From Octopus vulgaris (Eukaryota), in assembly GCA_951406725.2 (NCBI GenBank), contig OX597814.1, positions 60,946,001-61,010,000 on the forward strand: 64,000 nucleotides of DNA, in the 5' to 3' direction. Positions 38,699-50,242 of the stretch are shown piece by piece. Below the pieces are notes generated by a model, which searched no databases, was not told the origin of the DNA, and was given only the letters and a program-made list of their open reading frames with translations. The translations under genes were made by a program, and so were the position numbers. Every line of letters starts with the position of its first letter. The first letter of the stretch is position 1.

Positions 38699-38770
38699 GT
38701 AGCGAGTGAATAGGGATCAGATACGATCGCTCGCTGGCTTTTATAAGGGAATTAGGGAGGGAGACGGAAA

Positions 38771-38801
<31 letters not shown>

Positions 38802-38860
38802 ATCGAAGCAACTAGTTTGAATACTATATTTGAGGGGGAAAAATAATTAATTAGATAATT
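38699..38860 (-). repeat. Upstream part of monomer 2 (target, TATA, (CT)n) plus ~60 bp of a truncated third monomer
   Basis: It matches 27514-27695 and then 27123-27180, and ends against a (TA)n tract. Confidence 0.88.
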
Positions 38861-38880
38861 ATATGTATATATATATATAT

Positions 38881-39334
38881 ATCGTTGCAGAACGACCTGC
38901 TGTGCTTACCTTGCATCGTAGGGTGACCTGCTGTGCTTGAGCAGACCTATTGAGTCAAGTACATCAACATCGAAATATATGCCAAATGGAAATTGTAGTT
39001 GTGATACCTGTGCCGGTGGCACGTAAAAAGCACCATCCGAACGTGGCCAATGCCAGCGCCGCCTTGACTGGCTTCTGTGCCAGTGGCACGTAAAAAGCAT
39101 CAACAGATCATGGCCACTGCCAGTCTGCCCTGGCACCTGTGCCGGTGGCACGTAAAAAGCATCCACTACACTCATGGAGTGGTTGGCGTTCGGAAGAGCA
39201 TCCAGCTGTAGAAACACTGCCAGATCAGACTGGTGCCTGGTGCAGCCTCCTGGCTTCACAGACCCCGGTCGAACCATCCAACCCGTGCTAGCATGGAAAA
39301 CGGACATTAAACAATGATGATGATGATGATGATA
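38881..39334 (+). mobile_element. RTE 3'-UTR-only copy with a (GAT)n tail
   Basis: It contains repeated cctgtgccggtggcacgtaaaaagca units and the conserved 3' terminal segment. Confidence 0.8.
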
Positions 39335-40174
39335 TCAAAAGCTGTGGAAGAGAGAGACCTAGCAAGAGATGGGATGAAGTTTTGATGCTGAACTTTACGA
39401 AGATGACAGAAGATCAAGATATGCAGCACATTGCTCTACTTGAGAATACCAGCCCACCACAACAGAATCGAGATCCTAAAGCCAAGGTGCCATGTAAAAA
39501 GCACTGGTGTTGGTAGCACTTAAAAAAGTATCTGTGATGATGCCACATAAAAAAACACCCATTACACTCTGTGTAACGGTTGGTGTTAGGAAGGGCAACC
39601 AGCTGTAGAAACCAAGCCAAAGCAAATTATGGAATTTAGTGTGGCCCTTAGCCTTACCAATTGCTATCAAGTCATCCAACCCATCAGAAATGGACATTAA
39701 ATGATAGGATGATGATTAATATTTGTTTTTATATTCAAAACAATTTTACATTAATCTGATGGGATACTCTATACTTTTGTAGAGTACAAATTTATTATTC
39801 TTGCCCAAGAATGTTGTTGACTGTAATTTCAAAGTCTTGGCCAGCTAATCCATCATCAAATATATATATATTATAGTGAGAATTTACAAAAAAAACAAAA
39901 GACAAAGACAGGTGTGTAAACAATAAACAGATGTTTTAGTTTAATGCTCAGGAAGTGAAAAAGTCTTTTACGTTTCAAGCCTATGCCCTTCAACAGAACG
40001 GAACGCAGAAATAAACAGGGAGAGAAAATAATAAAGGTTTAGTGGCTAGCGATCTATAATGGCGAATGATTATATATACGCAGCTGTATGTTCTTGTTGT
40101 TGTTTATGTTGTTTTGCAAAACATTATTTCATTCAGAATCATTCTCTGTTTCTCATTATGTTACTATTGCAGTA

Positions 40175-40299
40175 ATGGCTACAGTCGAAAAGCTTCCCAC
40201 TGTAATTAGAAAGTTAGATGAAGTGGTCATCAACCGTATAGCAGCTGGGGAAATCATCCAACGTCCATGCAATGCATTGAAAGAAATGATAGAGAACTG
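40175..40299 (+). CDS. MLH1: DNA mismatch repair protein MLH1, first coding exon
   Basis: [41 protein letters not shown](C) matches the MutL/MLH1 N-terminus (human [33 protein letters not shown]). A phase-2 donor AACTG|GTAAGG lies at the position of the first intron of human MLH1. An acceptor ttgcag ends 2 nt before the ATG. Confidence 0.92.
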
Positions 40300-43200
40300 G
40301 TAAGGATTTTTGCTTCATTTTCTCTTTCTTTTAAACCTATTCATAATTATATTTCTAATGAAATAAGGTTATAAAAAGGTTTACCAATGTTTCATAAATA
40401 ATTTAGATAATAATGAAGTATTTAGAGTGATTTGGTAAAATAACCGACTTTTTCATTATTAAGTTGATTTTTGTAACATAATTTAACCTCATAACATCTA
40501 CTATTAACTCTTGATACTTCAAATACTAAGATCTTATTGAAGAAAATGACAAACTTCAAAGCGTGGATGAGTTCTAATGATTCTTTATATTTGAACAACA
40601 TTATTGCATACAAGCAATTATAATATCTCACAGATGTTGCAACTTCTCAGTCAATGTTTTTAAACTAGCCAAAGTTTAATTTTATGCATATTGATAACTT
40701 AGACAATGCAGAGTTAGCAAAAACAAAATTGTTAACTCTAAAATCACAATAGAACAGTTTAATTTAAACATGAAGACTTTCAAATAGGTTGTTTGTGGGA
40801 TCCAAAGTGGTTTGATACCCAACATGTTAAATGTAACTGTTCTGTTAATTTGAGTTGCTAAATCTACTTTAGTTTTGTTTTGGCTATGAGCTTGTTTGTT
40901 TTGTTTTGCTCTTGTTGTTTAGCTCCAGATCAATTCTTATCAAGCAGAACAATGATCAAAGGCACTCTTACATTGACCATCCTGTCTTTTAGAAGTATAT
41001 CTAGAACTACATTATCCAATGCCTTTTCATTATTTAATACTTTAGCATTTAAACCACCCATATTCAGCCTAAATATTCCTGTTTTTATGTTCAAACTAGC
41101 TAGATCTGGCTTCTCTCACCTACCCTACAATGTCATTCTAAAAATAAACAATCACTTCATTGAAATCTTGATGCTACGAGGTAAAGCATGACTGACTAAT
41201 TCAAAACTATGTGAATGATAAAAAAAAAAAGGCATCGGAGGGGTGATGTATACCCTACACACACACAAGAATAAAATAGAATTTAATTTGATAAATATAT
41301 TCTCAGATGAATTTATATTTCAACAAAATGACATCAATAGTTATTTCTCCTGCTTAATGTTTATGCTTATGTAACAAAGAAAAAAAACACTTTGATTCAC
41401 CCATCTTCCAGTTTTGAAGATAATCAAACCAAAATTTAATGAGCTCAAGCTACTCACCCAATGAGTATTTCTGCCAAATTTGGTGAAAATCGATTCAGCC
41501 ATTTTCCAGTAATTTTGCAAACACACAAACACACTAAACGAGCAACTGCAATAATCTTGCTTCGCTTATGCATGCATGGTTAATTATAAAGCATTACATT
41601 GGATAGATAGAGTAATCTGAATGTTAAAGTGTTAAGACAAGTAGAGTGCTATATGAAGAAGATTTGGTTGCTATTTCAGGCACATCAAGCAACCATAGAG
41701 TCTTCTTCATTGGCTTTCCCCCATCCCAGCTGATCTAATGATCTATGATCAAAGAACTGTGAAATGCAACAATTCTGCTCTTTTTTTTTTCACTATGTTG
41801 TTGTTGCATAATACATTTTTACTTAGGTGTGATTTGAAAGAGATTTGGCTACTCTTTCTAATAAATCAAATGACTGTACAGAGACATCCTTGTAGATTGA
41901 TTTTATTAAAGTGAAAGAATGAACAACTGCTTCTGACTTGTAATATTTAACTTACTTACCATCATATTTCTAGTAAATACACAACTGCTTGTATGTAATA
42001 TTGAAGCTGTTTATTACTATATTGCTAATGTTTCAATAAATGTTCGATATAATCAAGAATTTGGCAATGTTTAGTATATCTGTAACTTAATGTATTGATA
42101 TATTTTTGTTTTTACGTGGGTGTTGACCAATTGAAATTTCATTTCATCGTATTCATATTTTATTGAGATTTTAATTGAAATATGAACAATTTAGTATATT
42201 CTTGTATTCTTTTTTTGCTCATTTCCGTCATTAGACAGCAACTATATTAGGGCACTAGTATTTGGACCCCAGCACTAATTTCACCATTTTCTTAAGATGC
42301 AAAATGCAAAGTGAGCCTTGGCATGATAGGGTGTAATTTTGTCAGATGAGAATACCATTGGGTATTTTGATGATGAAGTGTTAAGACTACATCCTCTAGT
42401 GAAGGGGATTGGCCTGCAAGAGTCCTGTGCTGGTACCACAAAAAAGCACTCATGTCAGTGTCACATAGCAGCACTTGTGCATAAAGACACTTATGCTGGT
42501 ACCATGTTAAAATCACCTAGCACACACTGTAAAGTGGTTGATGCTAGGACGGGCATCCAGCCATAGAAACCAAGCCAAATCAGGATGGAACCTGGTGCAG
42601 CTCTCCTATTTGCCACCTCTGGTCAAACTATCCAACCCATGCCAGCATGGAAAATAGACGTTAAAAGATGATGATGGTGGCGGTGGTGGTGGTTGTGGTG
42701 GTGGTGTACCAGTTTTCATCTCACATATATAAGCACATGCACACACACACATTTGTTTTACATCAATTTTTTAATACCAATGTTAGTTAGATGGGTACTT
42801 TATTTGGGGCAATATTTTTATATTTTTATACTGAGTGTTTTCCTTGTGACCAACCCTTTCCTGTTTCTATAATGAAGCAAGTTTATAGTCCAGTATTTTG
42901 AGGCCTCTGAGCTATAGGGCATAATGTTCTCCAGGATGTACTCACATCATTATTTTTTTCACTCAGTCAATCTCAGGTGAGAAGTAGAGAGTACAACTTT
43001 CATGGATGCATATATATTTGCACTGACAAAAACATATGTGTGTGTACCATATCTATTGAAATATTTCCATCAACTGGTTCGTATTTTGAAATGTTTTAAC
43101 TGTGAACAGTCTTGCATAATGTATGCATTTCCTGTTGTAGATTATGCAGACCTGAAACTTATGTATTAAGTAATTTCAAAATATCACTATTTGATTTGAC

Positions 43201-43641
43201 TTCATTATTACAACTTACATATATAACACCCATTTTCCATTCTGCCATGGGTTGAATAGTTTGTCAGGAGCTGACCAGCTGAAGGGTTGTTCAGGCTCCA
43301 TGTCTGTTTTGGCATCATTTCTATAGCTGGATGCTCTTCCTAACATAAGCCACTTTACTGAATGTACTGGGTGCTTTTTACATGATACTAGTACTTACAA
43401 GCCCACAAGATTATGGATGCTCAGCTGGGGAGGGTTGCAAGGTCAACCATGCTTTCACTCAGCTTGACATGTCTTTTCAAGCACAGAAAACCACCAGGAG
43501 TCTTGGTCCCCTGTTATCCCTTCTGTGAGTCCCAATGTTTGTAAATCCTTTCTCACCACTTCGTCCCACATCTTCCTGTGTCTACCTCTTCAACACATAC
43601 ACACACACACACATACATATATGCATACATACATACATACG

Positions 43642-43795
43642 TATTTTATTTGTGTATTAAGGTTACCATTTGTGTATTAAGGTTTCGTGTTAAGAAATAC
43701 CTCAAACACACATGTTCCATGTGATAGGCTTAATAATTGTTGAGATATTCCTTAACATAAAACCAATGGTAGCCTTAATGCACAAATAAAGAAAT
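43642..43795. repeat. Imperfect inverted repeat with a degenerate hammerhead-like motif (Penelope-like remnant)
   Basis: tttatttgtgtattaaggttaccatt...ggtttcgtgttaagaaatacctcaa mirrors ttgagatattccttaacataaaaccaatggtagccttaatgcacaaataaa. Confidence 0.5.
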
Positions 43796-44289
43796 TTTAT
43801 CCACCAATGTGGTGTTGAGCATCATTGTTATTGTTCAATATTTGTGTGTGTGTGTATGTATAATCATCATCATTTAACGTCTGTTGTCCATGCTGGTATG
43901 GGTTGGACAGTGTGACCAGAGCTGGCAAGCCATTGGCTTGCACCAGAATCCAGTCTGATTTGGCAGAGTTTCTATAGCTGGATGCCCTTCATAATGCCAA
44001 CCACTTTACAGAGTGTGCTGGATGCTTTTACGTGGCACTGCGTGGGTGCTTTGATGTGGTACCACATGGGTGCTTTTACATAGCACTGCACAGGTGCTTT
44101 TGCATGACACTGCATGGGCTCTTTTACATGTCACCGCATGAATGCTTCTATGTGTTGCCGTACAAGTGCTTTCTTATGATACTGCCAAGAGTTCTTTACA
44201 CAACCAGAAGGATTAGTCTTAACATGTCTGTTGCAGGGTGCAGGTCTTCTTGAGTGTGGCCAGGCACCAGGTATCTCATTCCCATATTT

Positions 44290-44336
<47 letters not shown>

Positions 44337-44577
44337 TACACACACATACATACATACACATGGTGGATTTCTATACAGTTTCCATCTACCAATTTCGTTC
44401 CCAAAAGGTTGGTTGACCCAAAGCAACAGCCGAACAAGCATGCTCACTTACTGTACAATGGGACTAAACCTAAACCAAGTGTTTGTGAAGTAAATTTCTC
44501 AATCACAGAGCCATGTCTGCACACACACATCCACACATATACATATCCTCATCATCATCTGATGTTGGTGGTGGTGC

Positions 44578-44578
44578 C

Positions 44579-44670
<92 letters not shown>
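44578..44670. repeat. Compound microsatellite (GTA)n(GCA)n
   Basis: Directly visible. Confidence 0.95.
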
Positions 44671-46058
44671 TGTAGTAAATATATTTTTACAGAGTTAATT
44701 CTATTTCAATTCTAAGAGAATCTGATCAAACGTAGGCAAAATTTAATTAATCAATATATATATATATATAAATTCAAGTCATTGGGAGAGGGTGAGATTG
44801 TATAGTATCATGAAGTTTTGAGTGGGTGTATAAAGAATATAGCACATTCTATACTTCCTGAAGTATTCCTTTATTTTGTATCAGGAAATGTTCTTATAAG
44901 CAAACACATAGGAATGTGTGTGTGTATGTGTGAGAGAAAGAGAGAGAGAGAGATGAGCTTTCACAGAGTTTCCGTCTACCGAATTTCATTCAAAAGTTAT
45001 TGGTTAATCAGAGGCTACAGTAAAAGATTCTTTACCAAGATGTTGTGTAGAAAGATGAAAGCTACACTTGTCGGTTACAAACTAAACATTTTAACTAAAT
45101 GGCAATACCTATAGCCCGGTATTATCTCAGATCATTTAAGGCTTAATCTTTTTGGTACCAACCTTACCAAGAGCATGGTTCTATGATACCAACTTTCTGT
45201 TTTAACATGATCAAAATTAAAACCTTCAATTAAATTTTCATGTTAATTTATGTTCTAAGCACCAATTTAATAATGACTAAATTATTTTAGTAAATTCTTC
45301 ATTATTTTTTAAAGTAATTGAAACAAAGGCAATGTATATCACCTGTTTTATGTTCAAACTGGTCAAATCTAGTCTTTCACACCAACCTTACAATAACAGG
45401 GTAAAGACCCCCTTCAGTCATGAATGACCATGGGATTGCACCTAGAAAGTTACCCACTGAGACACAATTCTGGACAAGGTTGTTTATGGAAGACCAGCAG
45501 TCGCCCATGCATACCAGCCTTCTTGCTCAAGAATACAACACACAGCCCAGTCCGGGAATCAAACTCACTACCTCATGATTGTTCTAACCACTGAGCCATG
45601 CGCCTTCACTCACCTTACAATATCATTCTAAAAATTAAGTTACCTCATCAAAATCACCAGACTCCGGTCTTATTTGGCATGGTTTTTTTACGGCTGGATG
45701 CCCTTCCTAATGCCAACCACTCTGAAAGTGTAATGGGTGCTTTTACATGTCACTGGCACAACACCAGTATCTGCCACTACAGTGAATTTGCTAGTCTTGA
45801 TGGGTTTTCTTCTCAAGCACAACATAATGCCAAAAGTCTCAGTCCTTGCCTTCATGAGGCCCAACACTCAAAAGGAACTCAGCCACTTGTCTTCCTGTGG
45901 CCCAACGTATATATATATTCTCAGCCAAAACTGTCCTACAAATGGAAACATGAAACCCTGAGTAACAGTTTTTGTTATGTCTTTTCAGCTTTATTAATAA
46001 GGTATATATATGTAAATATACATACATACATACATACATATATATATAGAGAGAGAGA

Positions 46059-46280
46059 GGCGGTGAACTGGCAGAAACGTTAGCGCACCGGGCGAAATGC
46101 TTAGCGGTATTTCGTTTGTCGTTATGTTCTGAGTTCAAATTCCGCCGAGATCGACTTTGCCTTTCATCTTTTCGGGGTCGATAAATAAAATACCAGTTTC
46201 GCACTGGGTCAATGTAATCGACTTAATCCTGTTGTCTGTCCTTGTTTGTCCCCTCTATGTTTTAGCCCCTTGTGGCAAGA
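46059..46280 (+). mobile_element. Well-preserved (CpG-rich, young) tRNA-derived Meta-type SINE
   Basis: It reads ggcggtgaactggcagaaacgttagc...gagttcaaattccgccgagatcgactttgcctttcatcttttcggggtcgataaataaaataccag. Confidence 0.8.
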
Positions 46281-46457
46281 AATATATATATATATATACA
46301 TTTATATATGACAAGCTTCTCTTGGTTTTTGTCTACCAAATCCTACTTGGTTGGCCTGAGGCTATAGTGGAATACATTTGCCCAAGGTGCCATGCAGTGA
46401 AACTGAACCCCAAACTTTGTGGTTGGAAAACGAACTTTTTATCACACTGCCATGTTG

Positions 46458-47075
46458 GCTCCTAATCACTTGGTTCACTTTTGTGCATGAGCAACATGAG
46501 AAGTATCTGTACATGTTGAGTAGAATAAATATCATATGTTATTTTTGTTTGATGCACCAGTTTATCAGCAATTTTCTCTCAGATGTCTATATCTTTCATC
46601 GATATATCGTTCATTGATATGCACATGTTGCTAGTGACACGATATGAACTAGCAACCGTTTTCTCTTAATGTCTGGCTTTCTACTTAGCTAGCTGAAACC
46701 TCTACCAATGTCTATAATGAAGTGTGATTGACTCACCCACCTCTATCCTCCTCCATACTCTCTCTTGCTCCTAATCACTTGGTTCACTTTTGTGCATGAG
46801 CAACATGAGAAGTATCTGTACATGTTGAGTAGAATAAATATCATATGTTATTTTTGTTTGATGCACCAGTTTATCAGCAATTTTCTCTCAGATGTCTATA
46901 TCTTTCATCGATATATCGTTCATTGATATGCACATGTTGCTAGTGACACGATATGAACTAGCAACCGTTTTCTCTTAATGTCTGGCTTTCTACTTAGCTA
47001 GCTGAAACCTCTACCAATGTCTATAATGAAGTGTGATTGACTCACCCACCTCTATCCTCCTCCATACTCTCTCTT
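46458..47075. repeat. Tandem duplication of a 309-bp unique-looking unit
   Basis: 46458-46766 is repeated at 46767-47075 with no differences I could see. Confidence 0.92.
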
Positions 47076-47199
47076 GAAGTGAAGTTTATTGTCAATTGAG
47101 AATAGCAGTTTGAGGAATTCCTGCATTGATGCAGTGAGTCGCTAAGTCAGATGATTTGCAACAGTTGTTTGGGAAGAAATCTTTGGGGTATTTAACCAG

Positions 47200-47780
47200 C
47201 AATAATGCTGTTGATGTTGATATTTACTTGAGAGTAGGTGGCAGGTGCAATAACGACAGTGTTAGTGATAGGTTTGCTGCTGGGGGTAATAATAACAGTA
47301 ACCATGCCAGTGTTGCTGGTGGTCATGGTAGTGGTGGTGGTGATGGTGGTGGTTGTCATCGTCATTAGCATGAGGGTAACAGTCTTGGTGATGTTAGTGG
47401 CGGTGGTCATCACAGTTATGATTGTCATGATGGTAATGTCATGGCACTGGTGTTGATGACAGTGGTAGTGGTGGTCGTGGTCATGGTGGTGGTGGTTATC
47501 GTCATCATCATCTTTGTCATCATTGTCACCATTGGTGTCTTTTGTAATGCTAGTGGTGGTTGTTGTCATTGGCATTGTCATGATGGTGGTGGTGGTGGTG
47601 GTGGTGGTCTTCATCTTCATTGTTGTTGTTGTGGTGGTGGGGGGGGTTGTGCTTGTGGTGGTAACAGTACTAACTTTGATGTTATTGGTGTTGTTGGTTA
47701 TGGTCAAAGTAGTGGAGTTAGTGTTTGTTGTTGCTGTTGTGGTGGTGGTGGTGGTGGCAGTGGGGGTGGTAATTAAAATC
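47200..47780. repeat. Degenerate trinucleotide low-complexity tract (GGT/GAT/GTT/CAT)
   Basis: It is open in most frames as poly-V, poly-T or poly-G. Confidence 0.85.
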
Positions 47781-47927
47781 ATTGAAAGGCTGAAAGATTG
47801 ATTGAAGAGTTTCAGCTACATGATTCAGAGATAAAACCAAACCAAACATTTCATCTTATTTCATCTTGTTACTGTTGTTACTGTTCTTTTTGTTGTTATT
47901 CTTCTTTGTGTTGTTGATATAATTTTA

Positions 47928-47962
<35 letters not shown>

Positions 47963-48024
47963 GTTATTATTATTATTATTATTATCATCATTATTATTGT
48001 TGTTTTTATTATGATTATTACATA

Positions 48025-49180
48025 ACGGCATTGATTGATTGACTGAATCGGCAGAGCATCAGATGTGGTGATTTGTAATGTTTGGTTACATTCAGAGTTC
48101 AAATTTAAATCCTACCAAGGTCAGCTTCCTCTTTCATCCTTTTGGCCAATCGATGAAATAAGTACCAGTCAAACACTGTGGTCGATGTAATCAACCACAC
48201 TTCTTCAAATTGATTTGTGGTCTTTTAGCTTATATTAAAATCCATTAAGGGTAGTGGAGCGGCACAATTGTTAGAGAATTGGTAAAATAAAAAATATGCT
48301 TTGTAGCATTTGAATTAGCTCTTTCTCAGTTCAAACTCTGGTACGGTCAACTTAGCCTTTTATTCTTCTGGAGTCAATGAAATAAAGTAACATTCAAATA
48401 TTAATGTTGATAGTACCGAAGGTATTAACTTAACCTTTTCCCTGGACTTGTTCCTAAATTGGAAAAAAAATTAGTGAGTCTGATAAAATGCTCAGTGGCA
48501 TTTCTTCCAGCTCCCTTACATTCTGGGTTCAAATTCCACCAAATCAACTTTGCCTTTCATCCTTTCAGGATCGATTAAAAATGAAAGTACCAGTTGAACA
48601 CTGAGGTTTATGCAATTGATTGACACCTGCTCTTAAAATTCCTGGCCTTGGGCCAAACTTTGAAACTATTATCATCATCATCATTATTACTATTATTATT
48701 ATTATTATTATTATTATTAAGGTAGTGAGCTGGGAGAGTCATTACTGCGCCAGGCAAAATGTTTAATAGTATTTCGTCCCTCTTTACATTCTGAGTTCAA
48801 ACTCCACAGAGATCGACTTTGCCTTTCATCTTTTCAGGGTTGATAAAATAAGTACCAGTTGAAAACTGGAGTCAATGTAATCAACTTACCCCACCAAAAA
48901 CAAAAAAAATTGCTGGCCTTGTGTCAAAATTGGAAATTATTATTGTTGTTGTTGTTATTGTTATTGTGACAAGCTAGCAGACACGTTAGCACAGTGGACA
49001 AAATGCTTTGCAGCCTTTCTGCCAGCTCTTTCCATTCTAAGTTCAAATTCCACCCAGGTCAACTTTGCCTTTCATCCTCTCGGAGTTGATAAAAAAAGTA
49101 CCAGTTGAACACTGGGGTTGGTGTAATTAGTGAGCCCCATCCCCAAAATTTCAGGCCTTGTGTCTAGAGTAGAAAAGATA
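48025..49180 (+). mobile_element. Stack of about five head-to-tail Meta-type SINEs
   Basis: Heads are near 48025, 48248, 48470, 48719 and 48968. Each has gttcaaa and a (g)cctttcatc-like core, and several are separated by (ATT)n or (GTT)n tails. Confidence 0.75.
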
Positions 49181-49364
<184 letters not shown>

Positions 49365-50171
49365 ATTCAAGCATGATTGTGCAGTTAAAAACTTTACTTC
49401 AAAACAAAATGGCCTCAGGATTGATTCCACTGACTGCATAGTACCTTGAGCAAGTGTCTTTTACCATAGACTCAGCTTAACCAAATATTTATGACTGAAG
49501 TTTGGTACATGAAAACTTTGTGTGTGTAAAAAATGTGCAATATATACATATAAAAGATCAATAATTTCTCATTTAAACAAGGTATGCAGTATAGACCTGA
49601 AAAGAATCTCTCATGTAAATAAGGTGTGCTGTGTATGCTAAGAAGCAACCAACCATTGGCTTTCAAATGGAACAGATTCTGCTTCTTTCAAGCGCAAACT
49701 ATGTTTAGAGAAAGTTTCTGTTATATCTCTTTTCAAGTTTCTTTAGAATGTGAATATTTTAAAAGAGTTTCTGATTAGGCCAATATAAGATCTAAGAGCA
49801 GGGTAGTTGTTGAAGTGGATTATATATGTGTGTATATGTATGTATGTGTGTGTGAAGATGCATGATCTAGTGATTAGTGTGTTGCATTCATATCATAGGA
49901 TTGTGGTTTCAATTCCTGGACCCGCTCTTTCATTGTTTTCTTGAGTAAAGCCCTTCACTTCACATTACTCTGCAATTCCTCCAGGATCTGACCTGTGACA
50001 CACCATTTGCCTGGACAAGCAAGATTGAATTTGATGAAGTGAGTGAGTAAATGTACAGCGCAAACATTTGATCACTATAAACAAATCATCTGTACAGATT
50101 CTTCAGCAAGAAGTTGTGGAACCCTCATCTATCAATTACTGCAAGAAATTATAGCAAACACATATACGTAC

Positions 50172-50241
<70 letters not shown>

Positions 50242-50242
<1 letters not shown>

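Noticed and set aside
47192-47801. Thr-rich mucin-like or Gly/Cys-rich ORFs
   Set aside because: It is a degenerate triplet microsatellite open in most frames, with no convincing splice sites or domain.
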